The notes below the pieces were generated by a model. It was not told where the DNA came from. It did no database searches and was given only the letters and a program-made list of their open reading frames with translations. Positions 27,490 through 36,354 of a stretch of 48,362 bases of DNA are shown here, piece after piece. The translations under genes and the position numbers were made by a program. Source of the stretch: an uncultured Rikenellaceae bacterium (lineage in GTDB: Bacteria > Bacteroidota > Bacteroidia > Bacteroidales > VadinHA17); contig CAYRQY010000002.1 in assembly GCA_964426435.1 (NCBI GenBank), forward strand, positions 1 through 48,362, written 5' to 3'. Numbering within the stretch: position 1 is the stretch's first letter; the number at the start of each line of letters is the position of its first letter.

Positions 27490-28458
27490 ATGAAAAAGAT
27501 TGGAATATTGATTATTGTGATGGCCCTGATAGGCCAGGCTTTTGCACAGGGGAATACAGTTACTGAAGAAAAGTCAGATACAAGAACTTCAACCTCAGGT
27601 TCAGGTGATAATATCAAGGTTATTATTGGCAAAGACCTTATAACTGTTGAGGATGCAGATTCTTCACTTAAAATAATGGTGCGCAACAGAGGGGTAAGCA
27701 TACTAGAATCCCTTGAGGGCCCGAGGGTAAAGATCGAGAAGTATGATGCACCGGACCTGCCGGATTACAGAGACTCCCGAAGGTACCAGGAGTATGATGA
27801 CAAACCCCGCAAATCGGGTGCACGGCATTTCAGGGGACACTGGTCGGGAATTGAATTCGGGCTCGGCAACTATACATATTTACAGAGTATGGACCTGCCT
27901 GATGACATTTCCTATATGACACTAAACACAAGCAAATCCAATTGTTTTAACCTTAACTTCTCGCAGCTTAGCATCGGTCTTACAAGACGTTTCGGATTAG
28001 TGACCGGAGCCGGACTTAACTGGAACTGTTACAGGTTTGAGGGCAATAACAGCATCACTGTCGGTCCCGACAGGGTTATAGCAGAATTAATTCCGTCCGG
28101 AGAGAGCGCAGTAAAAAAATCAAAATTTTCAACCTTCTATTTAAATGTACCCCTGCTTGTTGAACTCCAGATCCCGGCTGGTTACAGTAACAGCCTCAAT
28201 GTTGCAGCCGGCGTGATAGGAGGATTGAAGCTCAATGCTGCAACAAGAATAGTGTTTCAGGACAAGGAGACAATCAAGGCAAACGGCGATTTTAATCTCA
28301 ACCTCCTGAGGGCAGGCTTAACAGCCAGGGTAGGGTATGAAAACTTTATGCTTTTCGCCACTTATTATGCAACACCCTGGTTCAGGGAAGCACGCGGTCC
28401 CAACGGGCGCAATCCCGAACCTTTCGAACTGGGAATCGCATTAACATTTAACAATTAA
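27490..28458 (+). CDS. Outer-membrane beta-barrel (porin-family) protein
   Basis: 322 aa with signal peptide ILIIVMALIGQAFAQ. The C-terminal roughly 200 aa have the pattern of OMP_b-brl-type barrels (FYLNVPLLVELQ, RVGYENFMLFATY). Confidence 0.6.
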   Translation: MKKIGILIIVMALIGQAFAQGNTVTEEKSDTRTSTSGSGDNIKVIIGKDLITVEDADSSLKIMVRNRGVSILESLEGPRVKIEKYDAPDLPDYRDSRRYQEYDDKPRKSGARHFRGHWSGIEFGLGNYTYLQSMDLPDDISYMTLNTSKSNCFNLNFSQLSIGLTRRFGLVTGAGLNWNCYRFEGNNSITVGPDRVIAELIPSGESAVKKSKFSTFYLNVPLLVELQIPAGYSNSLNVAAGVIGGLKLNAATRIVFQDKETIKANGDFNLNLLRAGLTARVGYENFMLFATYYATPWFREARGPNGRNPEPFELGIALTFNN

Positions 28459-28481
28459 TCCCCCTTTTGATTTGTGGTTGT

Positions 28482-28511
28482 GGTAGAGGCAATGCATGCA
28501 TTGCCTCTACC
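28482..28511. repeat. Perfect 30-nt palindrome GGTAGAGGCAATGCATGCATTGCCTCTACC
   Basis: I verified by hand that it equals its own reverse complement. It lies 24 nt downstream of the porin stop. Confidence 0.85.
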
Positions 28512-28545
28512 CGCGTTATCCAGCATACCCCCCAGGGGGCAGCAG

Positions 28546-28580
28546 AGACGCCCGAAATGGGCGTCTTTACGTTTGTTTTG
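28546..28580 (+). terminator. Intrinsic-terminator-like hairpin
   Basis: AGACGCCC-GAAAT-GGGCGTCT (8-bp stem) followed by TTTACGTTTGTTTTG, downstream of the porin-family gene. Confidence 0.55.
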
Positions 28581-28608
28581 GTTTTTGCCCGGTGCTCCTG
28601 TATCTTTG
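28577..28608 (+). promoter_or_regulatory. Candidate Bacteroidota promoter (TTTG-N20-TATCTTTG)
   Basis: -33 TTTG at 28577-28580 and -7 TATCTTTG at 28601-28608, 17 nt upstream of the ATG at 28626. Confidence 0.4.
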
Positions 28609-28625
28609 TACAAATCAGGTGAAGT

Positions 28626-29402
28626 ATGGGAGATAATTTTTTAACCCCCCGGGAAATTCGCAGATACAATAAACAGATCATGCTTCCCGAAATAGGAATT
28701 TCCGGCCAGGAGAGAATAAAACAGGCCGGTGTGCTTGTTATCGGGGCAGGCGGACTGGGTTCTCCGGTTCTGCAGTACCTGGCAGCCGCCGGTGTGGGCA
28801 GGCTGGGGATAGCCGAGTTTGACACAGTTGATGAAACAAACCTCCAGAGACAGGTGCTTTACGGCTCAGGAGACATCGGAAAGCTTAAATCGATAATAGC
28901 AAAGGAGCGTATCGGGCATATTAATTCCTTCGTAAAGATCAGCATAATGAATCTGCCCGTCAATGAGAAGAACGCGCTCAGGATATTTAAGGAGTACGAT
29001 GTGATAGTTGATGCAACAGACAATTACAGCACCAGGTATGTTATCAGCGATGCCTGTGTTATTCTCGGCAAGCCTATGGTCCATGGTTCCGTTTATAAAT
29101 ATGAAGGGCAGGTCGCCGTCTTCAATTACATGGGCGGACCAACCTACCGGTGCTACAATCCCGGGAAAAAAGAACCCGGTTCAAGGGATCCTTCTGCTGC
29201 TGAAACAGGACTGACCGGTGTACTTCCCGGTATCGCAGGCACCTTAATGGCAAATGAAGTGCTCAAGATAATTACCGGAACCGGGGAAGTGCTTTCCGGG
29301 AAAGTTTTGCTATTCAATACTTACGATTGCAGGTTTACCGTTATTAAGGTGCACAGCATTCCTGAGAATCAAAATATCAGGGTGTTGGGGAACAATAACT
29401 AA
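28626..29402 (+). CDS. HesA/MoeB/ThiF family adenylyltransferase
   Basis: 258 aa. RYNKQIMLPEIGISGQERIK, Rossmann GAGGLGSP, and DTVDETNLQRQ. Confidence 0.85.
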   Translation: MGDNFLTPREIRRYNKQIMLPEIGISGQERIKQAGVLVIGAGGLGSPVLQYLAAAGVGRLGIAEFDTVDETNLQRQVLYGSGDIGKLKSIIAKERIGHINSFVKISIMNLPVNEKNALRIFKEYDVIVDATDNYSTRYVISDACVILGKPMVHGSVYKYEGQVAVFNYMGGPTYRCYNPGKKEPGSRDPSAAETGLTGVLPGIAGTLMANEVLKIITGTGEVLSGKVLLFNTYDCRFTVIKVHSIPENQNIRVLGNNN

Positions 29403-29422
29403 ATTAAGATATATATTTGTCC

Positions 29423-30130
29423 ATGAGGCTTTTACTTATCAGCAATTCAACAAATCAGGGTGAGCCATACCTTGATCACCCTAAGCATCAGATAAGGCAT
29501 TTCCTGGGGGAGAAACCTGTTAAGGCACTCTTTATTCCCTATGCCGCCGTAACATTTTCCTACGACATATACGAGGAAAAGGTTTCGGAACGATTCCGTG
29601 AGATCGGGCATGATGTCGTGTCCATTCACCGTTTCAGCGATCCCGTTAAAGCAGTGACTGAGGCCACAGCCATTATTATTGGTGGCGGCAATACGTGGAA
29701 ACTTCTCAAAATGATCCACGATAACGGACTGATTCAGCCTGTAAGGGAAAAGGTTCTGGCAGGAACTCCCTATATCGGATGGAGCGCCGGAGCCAATGTC
29801 GCCTGTCCAACGATAATGACCACTAACGATATGCCCGTAGTTGAACCGCCTTCATTCAGGGCATTCGGGCTTATATCCTTCCAGATAAACCCTCATTATC
29901 TCGATGCCAATCCCGAGGGCCATGCCGGAGAAACCAGGGAACAGAGGATTGAGGAGTTTATCGAGATCAATCCCGGAGTGACTGTGGCAGGATTAAGGGA
30001 GGGCACAATGTTCCTTGTGGAAGCCGGCAATATAAGCCTGATCGGACCCCGCAAGGCAAGGATATTCAGAAAGGGAAGCACGCCCGCAGAATTGGGTACA
30101 GGCGATGATTTTTCTTTCCTGATATCGTGA
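29423..30130 (+). CDS. pepE: Dipeptidase E (peptidase S51)
   Basis: LLLISNS, GGGNTW and the nucleophile context GWSAGAN. The ATG at 29423 is preferred over the TTG at 29417. Confidence 0.85.
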   Translation: MRLLLISNSTNQGEPYLDHPKHQIRHFLGEKPVKALFIPYAAVTFSYDIYEEKVSERFREIGHDVVSIHRFSDPVKAVTEATAIIIGGGNTWKLLKMIHDNGLIQPVREKVLAGTPYIGWSAGANVACPTIMTTNDMPVVEPPSFRAFGLISFQINPHYLDANPEGHAGETREQRIEEFIEINPGVTVAGLREGTMFLVEAGNISLIGPRKARIFRKGSTPAELGTGDDFSFLIS

Positions 30131-30203
30131 GATAAGAAACCAGCCGGGCCAAAGCAATCGCGACTGCCATAAAGTTTATCGCAGCAAGAGTTTGAAGAAC
30201 AAG

Positions 30204-32834
30204 ATGAAGATGAGCCTTAAAATAGTTCGGGCGGCCGCAATTACAGCAACTGTAATGGTACTGGTTCTTTATATTGTCTCTCTTTTTCTTCAAAGTCAGG
30301 CTGATAATTTCCTGACGACAGTAAACAGCAATCTCTCCACAAAAATTAAAACCGGGTCTCTGAGGCTTTCGTTGCTAAGGAAGTTTCCCCGGGCTTCATT
30401 TGAACTCAGAGAGGTCCTGGTTTACTCATCTCCGGGGTTTAAAAAAGAGTCCTTCACCGGCATCGGAACCGACACACTCCTAAGCGCAAGGAGTGTTTCG
30501 GTGGTGTTCAGCATGACAGACCTGATCTTCGGAAATTACACCGTAAACAGGATTGTCGTAAGATCAGGCCAGGTCAACCTTCTGACCGATTCTGAGGGCA
30601 AAATCAACTATGATATCTACTGGAAAGGAACAAAAGAGAGCGACCAGGAGGGAGGATTAAAACTAAATCTCGACCGGATATTTCTGTCATATGTCAGAGC
30701 TGTTTACAGCGATCTGTCATCCAACCTCCTTATAGAAGGGCTTGTCACCGACGGTCAGCTGAAAAGCAGGATTTCGGGCAACAATATTGATTTCTATGCT
30801 GACTCACGGCTCTTAATCGAACTTTTCCAGGCCGACAACCTGAAGATCAGCAGGAGTTTTATGGCTGATGCCAACCTGAACCTTCACAAAACAGACAGCG
30901 GTGTTAAATTCAGCAAGGGCATACTGAAGGTAGAAGACTGGGATTTTCTGGTAACCGGATTTGTCTCCGCTGAAAAATACGTTGATCTTGAAATTAAAGG
31001 CAACAACATTGATCTTTCGAAAATCAACAGGTTCTTCCCGCCAGGGTTGCAGGAAAAAATATCGGCATACCGGCCATCCGGGAGACTTGAAGTCAGCGGG
31101 AGAATCAAGGGCCCGTTCGCGGGCACCCTCAATCCGAATATTGATTTTTCCTACTCCCTGGATAATGCAAATATCAGGTATGCAAAATCAAGGTTGGGCA
31201 TAAGTGATTTATCATTCACCGGAAGTTTCACAAACGGCAGCGGCACAAACGCTGAAACAAGCACTCTGACGGTTCAGAGTTTCGCCGGAAAGCTCGGATC
31301 AGCACAATACAGGGGTTCTCTGAAAATAACTGATTTCACCCGGCCTTCGGCAGATATCAAGCTTTCCGGAACACTTTACCCATCGGAACTGAAGGAATTC
31401 TTCAATCTAAAGAACCTTACCCGGACAAAGGGATCGGCCACTCTTAACCTTAACTTTGCCGGCAGGCTCAATAAAAAGGATAAATATGCTCCGGCTGATT
31501 TTCTGTCACTGATTTCTGCATCAGACATCACCTTCAATTCATTAAGCATGGGCTTTCAGAAAGAGAATCTCTGGTTTGATGATGTAAGGGGCACTCTTCA
31601 CTTAGCAAGGAAGAGTTTTATTAAAGATATGACGCTCCTGCTCAACGGGCAAAAGTTAAGGATCGACGGAGAGGTGACGAACTTTCCCGGATGGCTTGCA
31701 GGAAACCCGGTTGCGCTGGCAATTAACGCAAATCTTTACTCAGGAAGTTTTTCACCGGAATCTTTCGGTACTACTGACAGGGGCCGGGATTCGTCAGGGG
31801 AGGCTGCCATTGATTTCCCGGAGAATGTTTTTGCCGAGGTTACATTCAGGATTGATACATTAAGATATAAGTCATTTACAGGAAATAATATATCCGGAAT
31901 CTTCAGCTACAAGCCAGGCATGGCAAACTTTAAGTCGTTTACAATAAGATCGCAGGGAGGGTCTATCTCGGGTAATGGTTTATTTGTCCAGAATCCCGGG
32001 AAATCAATCACAGGAAGAGGCAGTTTTATGATGAACGGCATAAATGTTAATGAAGCATTTATTACCTTCCGCAATTTCGGGCAGGATTTCATCAGGGCAG
32101 AGAACCTTGCCGGCACCCTGTCGGGATCGTTATCGCTGCTGATGCCGTTTGACAGGGATCTTAACCCGGTAACAGGCTCGGTGACGGCAGAGGGAAAATA
32201 TGTCCTGACCAATGGAGAGCTGAGGAATTTTGAACCTGTAAAACAACTCTCCAGTTTCATTGAATTGTCCGAACTTGAAAATATAAGTTTTCATCAGCTT
32301 GAGAATGATTTTTTCATCAGGGAAAGCTATTTTTACATTCCGCAGATGGATGTAAGATCATCGGCTGCCAATATTTCTGTGAATGGAAAGCACGGATTTG
32401 ACAACCACTACGAGTATCATGTCAGGGTTCAGCTTTCTGAACTGCTCAGCAGGAAAGCTGTGAAGAAAAGGGTGCCGGTAACAGAGTTTGGGGTGATAGA
32501 GGATGACGGTCTCGGGCGCACATCACTGCTTCTGAAGGTCGAGAGCCAGGGCGACGAAACGAAGGTGAGCTATGATGTAAAGGCAGCCACTGCCCGGATA
32601 AAGGAAGATATTAAAAGTGAGAGACAAAACCTGAAGGGTATTTTAAGCGAGGAGTATAACCGTTACCAGGATGATACAGCCAGGGAAACCAGGACCGGCC
32701 AGAAACCACGTTTCAGGATTTCGTGGGAAGAGGGTGAGAAAGGGAAAAATGAGAGTGAGATTGAGAGCGAAGGTGATGATTTAAGAACTGACAGGCAGAA
32801 TCCCTTAAGGAATATTTTCAGGAGAAAGCTATAG
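30204..32834 (+). CDS. AsmA-family outer-membrane biogenesis protein
   Basis: About 876 aa with an N-terminal TM anchor and an AsmA-like N-terminal region (KTGSLRLSLLRKFPRASFELREVLVYS), then a long beta-rich body. The first ATG is at 30204 (the track ORF uses a TTG at 30192). Confidence 0.65.
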   Translation: MKMSLKIVRAAAITATVMVLVLYIVSLFLQSQADNFLTTVNSNLSTKIKTGSLRLSLLRKFPRASFELREVLVYSSPGFKKESFTGIGTDTLLSARSVSVVFSMTDLIFGNYTVNRIVVRSGQVNLLTDSEGKINYDIYWKGTKESDQEGGLKLNLDRIFLSYVRAVYSDLSSNLLIEGLVTDGQLKSRISGNNIDFYADSRLLIELFQADNLKISRSFMADANLNLHKTDSGVKFSKGILKVEDWDFLVTGFVSAEKYVDLEIKGNNIDLSKINRFFPPGLQEKISAYRPSGRLEVSGRIKGPFAGTLNPNIDFSYSLDNANIRYAKSRLGISDLSFTGSFTNGSGTNAETSTLTVQSFAGKLGSAQYRGSLKITDFTRPSADIKLSGTLYPSELKEFFNLKNLTRTKGSATLNLNFAGRLNKKDKYAPADFLSLISASDITFNSLSMGFQKENLWFDDVRGTLHLARKSFIKDMTLLLNGQKLRIDGEVTNFPGWLAGNPVALAINANLYSGSFSPESFGTTDRGRDSSGEAAIDFPENVFAEVTFRIDTLRYKSFTGNNISGIFSYKPGMANFKSFTIRSQGGSISGNGLFVQNPGKSITGRGSFMMNGINVNEAFITFRNFGQDFIRAENLAGTLSGSLSLLMPFDRDLNPVTGSVTAEGKYVLTNGELRNFEPVKQLSSFIELSELENISFHQLENDFFIRESYFYIPQMDVRSSAANISVNGKHGFDNHYEYHVRVQLSELLSRKAVKKRVPVTEFGVIEDDGLGRTSLLLKVESQGDETKVSYDVKAATARIKEDIKSERQNLKGILSEEYNRYQDDTARETRTGQKPRFRISWEEGEKGKNESEIESEGDDLRTDRQNPLRNIFRRKL

Positions 32835-32859
32835 TATAAATTGCTGAAACGATAACAGG

Positions 32860-34041
32860 TTGAACAGAATCCCAAACAGAAGCAGCTGGAAAATATACCT
32901 GTTCCTGTTCGCAGTGCTGATAGGTGTAAGTTCGCTCATTTATACACGAATCCTTGTAAAAAGGCTCGAGACTGAAGAGCGGAAGAAAGTTGAGTTGTGG
33001 GCTGAGGCTACATACCTGATCAGCAAATCCGATTCGACTCAGAACCTTGATTTCCTTTTAACAATAGTGGAAGGCAACACCACTGTGCCGGTAATACTGA
33101 CCGACGGACACAACAATATTATTGCCTCAAGGAACTTCAATCCTGCGCGCAGCAACGATCCCGGCTACATACAGACGAAGCTTGAGAAGATAATGAAGAA
33201 GAGCCGGCCGATTGTGATCGACATCGGAGAGGGCTTTGTAAATCATATCTATTACAAGGACAGTATAATTCTTACCCAGTTGATTTATTATCCGTTCGTG
33301 CAGCTTGGGCTGATCGTTCTCTTTATCCTTGTTTCATTCATTGCCCTGAGTTCTTCACGGAAGGCTGAACAGAACCAGCTGTGGGTCGGGATGTCAAAAG
33401 AGACTGCTCATCAGCTGGGCACTCCCACTTCTTCTCTTGCCGGGTGGATTGAGATACTCCAGAGCCGTTATCCCGAGATCCCGTTCAACAGGGAGCTCGC
33501 CCTTGATGTGGAGCGTCTTGTAAAAGTCACTGAACGGTTTTCGGGTATCGGTTCCAGGCCATCGCTGTCGCCTGAAAAGATAAATGGTCTTATAAGGCGC
33601 ACAATTGAATATCTCAAGACACGCTCCTCTTCGAAGATCATCTTCAATCTTGAGTTTGATACCGGTGAAGATGTAACCATACCTGTCAACGTACATCTTT
33701 TTGAATGGGTTATCGAGAATATCGCAAAGAACGCAATTGATGCAATGGAGGGAGAAGGTCAGATAACGGCCAGGATAACCGAGAATGACCGGGTTGTGTT
33801 TGTTGATATCACCGACACTGGCAAGGGGATACCGAAAACCTTCTACAGAAAGATTTTCAGCCCGGGTTTCACCACAAAGGCAAGAGGCTGGGGTCTGGGG
33901 CTTTCGCTTGCCAAACGGATCGTCGAGGAGTACCACAGCGGGAGGATATTCGTGAGGTACTCCGAGATCGGAAAGGGCTCATGCATACGGTTAATGATGA
34001 GGAAGAACGGTGATTATGCCAATCAGCAGGGAAGACATTGA
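32860..34041 (+). CDS. Sensor histidine kinase (orphan, two TM)
   Basis: 393 aa with H-box ETAHQLGTPTSSL, N-box ENIAKNAIDA, G1 DTGKGI and G2 GWGLGLSL. The start appears to be TTG; there is no nearby in-frame ATG. Confidence 0.8.
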   Translation: MNRIPNRSSWKIYLFLFAVLIGVSSLIYTRILVKRLETEERKKVELWAEATYLISKSDSTQNLDFLLTIVEGNTTVPVILTDGHNNIIASRNFNPARSNDPGYIQTKLEKIMKKSRPIVIDIGEGFVNHIYYKDSIILTQLIYYPFVQLGLIVLFILVSFIALSSSRKAEQNQLWVGMSKETAHQLGTPTSSLAGWIEILQSRYPEIPFNRELALDVERLVKVTERFSGIGSRPSLSPEKINGLIRRTIEYLKTRSSSKIIFNLEFDTGEDVTIPVNVHLFEWVIENIAKNAIDAMEGEGQITARITENDRVVFVDITDTGKGIPKTFYRKIFSPGFTTKARGWGLGLSLAKRIVEEYHSGRIFVRYSEIGKGSCIRLMMRKNGDYANQQGRH

Positions 34042-35272
34042 GATAATGGCCCCGGCCGGGTCGTATGAATCGCTGATGGCTGCCATCCAGGGTGGAGCCG
34101 ATTCGGTTTATTTTGGTGTCGGGCACCTGAATATGAGGGCCGGCTCGGCAGTCAACTTTGCACCCGGCGATCTCCCGGAAATCGTCAGGCTTTGCCGCGA
34201 AAACGGGAAAAAAAGCTATTTAACGCTTAATGTCATTGTGTATGACAATGAGATCGCTGCAATCCGCGAGATCGCCGACATGGCTGCAGAAAGCGGCATT
34301 TCAGCAATAATAGCTTCTGATCACGCCGTGATCGGTTATGCTTTCTCCAGGGGCATCGAAGTGCACCTCTCCACTCAGCTCAACATTGCCAATGTTGAAA
34401 CCCTCAGGTTCTACTCAAAATGGGCCGATGTGGCCGTACTAGCCAGAGAGCTGGATCTGCAGCAGATAAAACATATCTCCGGTTCCGTAAGGGAAGAGAA
34501 TATAACAGGTCCGGGAGGGAAGCCTGTAAAATTAGAGCTCTTCGTTCACGGGGCTCTCTGCATGGCAGTATCAGGCAAATGCTACCTGAGTCTCCATGAA
34601 AACAACAGATCAGCCAACAGGGGAGAATGTTACCAGACCTGCAGAAAATCCTACCTGGCAGCAGAAAAGGAATCGGGCTATGAGCTCGAGATAGACAACG
34701 AATATATTATGTCGCCGAAGGATCTCTGTACGATAGGATTCATCGACAGGATAATAGAAGCGGGCGTGAGAGTTTTCAAGATAGAGGGCAGGGCCCGTTC
34801 GCCAGAATATGTCAGAACAGTTGTTTCGTGCTACGACGAAGCCGTAAGGGCCGTGGCCGATGGAATCTACAGTTCTGAGAAGATACAGGCATGGACGGAG
34901 CGGCTGTCGCAGGTCTTTAACAGGGGATTCTGGGACGGCTATTACCTTGGAAGCAAAACAGGTGAATGGAACAACAGGTACGGCTCATCCGCCCTGAAAA
35001 AGAAGGTTTATATAGGTAAGGTTACCAATTATTTCGCGAAGATAAACGTTGCTGAAATCAAGCTCGAGAACGGTGACCTGGCAACAGGAGACACGATTCT
35101 GATTATCGGCCCCACCACCGGAGTTCTTGAAATGAGTGCCGGCGAGATCAGGGTTGATCTCTCTGCAGTTGAGATCGCCCGTAAAGGAGAGTTATGTTCA
35201 GTCAAAACGGAGCACCTGCTGCGGCGGTCGGACAAGATATATAAATGGATCGATGCAGAGAGAGATAACTGA
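34016..35272 (+). CDS. Peptidase U32 family protein
   Basis: About 418 aa. EIMAPAGSYESLMAAIQGGADSVYFG, the Cys-rich segment CMAVSGKCYLS...GECYQTCRK, and FKIEGR. It overlaps the kinase 3' end by 26 nt. Confidence 0.9.
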   Translation: MPISREDIEIMAPAGSYESLMAAIQGGADSVYFGVGHLNMRAGSAVNFAPGDLPEIVRLCRENGKKSYLTLNVIVYDNEIAAIREIADMAAESGISAIIASDHAVIGYAFSRGIEVHLSTQLNIANVETLRFYSKWADVAVLARELDLQQIKHISGSVREENITGPGGKPVKLELFVHGALCMAVSGKCYLSLHENNRSANRGECYQTCRKSYLAAEKESGYELEIDNEYIMSPKDLCTIGFIDRIIEAGVRVFKIEGRARSPEYVRTVVSCYDEAVRAVADGIYSSEKIQAWTERLSQVFNRGFWDGYYLGSKTGEWNNRYGSSALKKKVYIGKVTNYFAKINVAEIKLENGDLATGDTILIIGPTTGVLEMSAGEIRVDLSAVEIARKGELCSVKTEHLLRRSDKIYKWIDAERDN

Positions 35273-35285
35273 TTTATCTTAAGGA

Positions 35286-36332
35286 TCAGAGGAATTTCAT
35301 TTTATCCTTTACTTCAAGTATTTTCGCGGCATTTGTTTTCACATCGTCAGTACCGGTATAAACAAAATGAACCATCCCGGCAGGTTTATTCTGAAGATCG
35401 TAACGATAGGCTTTATCGTAGTATCCGAGAACGCCCGTTACAGCGCTTCCAAAATCGCCGGAATCTATAGAGCTGATGATTTCCCGTGTTCTGTCACCCC
35501 CCAGTCTTTTGCTTATTTTTAAAACCGAGGCCTTAAGGTTTTCGGGCGGCAAGGCTGAATATTCCCTTACGAGTGTTGGCACCCTTGCCTCGGGAGGCAT
35601 CATGAGGGCAATAACCGGGTTTTGCTGAATATTGGAATAGAAATTATCAGGCATGAAAACCGATCCTATGTTCCTGCTTTCATCTTCAATCCACACTGGA
35701 ACTCTTCCTTCGCTTTTCTGCCATTCGGCATGGAGCAGGTTTGCAAAGTGCTCTGATGAAGGCTGCTTCTCCATACCGAGTGAACCAAATGCTGATCCCC
35801 TGTGTTTTGCCAGCCTTTCGAGGTCAATAACTGCCTCCCCGGTTTCAGCCAGGTAATGAAGGATCTCTGTTTTGCCGCTGCCTGTGAACCCCCCCAGTAT
35901 TATCAGCTTTCTTCTCTCCGAGAAGCTCCCGAGAATATGGTTGCGGTAAGTCTTGTAACCTCCGCTCAGCACTTCAGATGTTATCCCTCCTGTTGAGAAG
36001 AGCCATGCCATGGCTTCTGACCTCATTCCTCCCCTCCAGCAGTACAGAAGCAGCTTCCTGTCCTTTGCCAGGGCAAGTGCTTCGCTCAGCTTTGATGCAA
36101 TCTGAGGACCCGTAAGCTCCAGGCCCTTTAGTACAGCCTGCGTTCTTCCCGACTCTTTATATTTAATGCCTACTTTTTCTCTTTCCTCGTTACTGAGAAG
36201 GGGGATATTTACCGCTCCGGGTATATGGCCTCTGTCATACTCTGCAGGAGATCGCACGTCAACGACCGGAAATTCCACTGACAGTCTCAGGAATTCTGTG
36301 ACGCTTATTTTTCCTTTCCCCTGGTCAGACAT
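35286..36332 (-). CDS. selU: tRNA 2-selenouridine(34) synthase
   Basis: 348 aa. N-terminal rhodanese domain with LYCWRGGMRSE, followed by the P-loop GGFTGSGKTE. Confidence 0.85.
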   Translation of the reverse strand: MSDQGKGKISVTEFLRLSVEFPVVDVRSPAEYDRGHIPGAVNIPLLSNEEREKVGIKYKESGRTQAVLKGLELTGPQIASKLSEALALAKDRKLLLYCWRGGMRSEAMAWLFSTGGITSEVLSGGYKTYRNHILGSFSERRKLIILGGFTGSGKTEILHYLAETGEAVIDLERLAKHRGSAFGSLGMEKQPSSEHFANLLHAEWQKSEGRVPVWIEDESRNIGSVFMPDNFYSNIQQNPVIALMMPPEARVPTLVREYSALPPENLKASVLKISKRLGGDRTREIISSIDSGDFGSAVTGVLGYYDKAYRYDLQNKPAGMVHFVYTGTDDVKTNAAKILEVKDKMKFL

Positions 36333-36354
36333 ATCGCGGTGGAATTGAAGCTTG

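Noticed and set aside
33394-33936. 180-aa minus-strand ORF antisense to the sensor kinase
   Set aside because: It is a shadow ORF opposite the HisKA/HATPase region, which has clear motifs on the plus strand.
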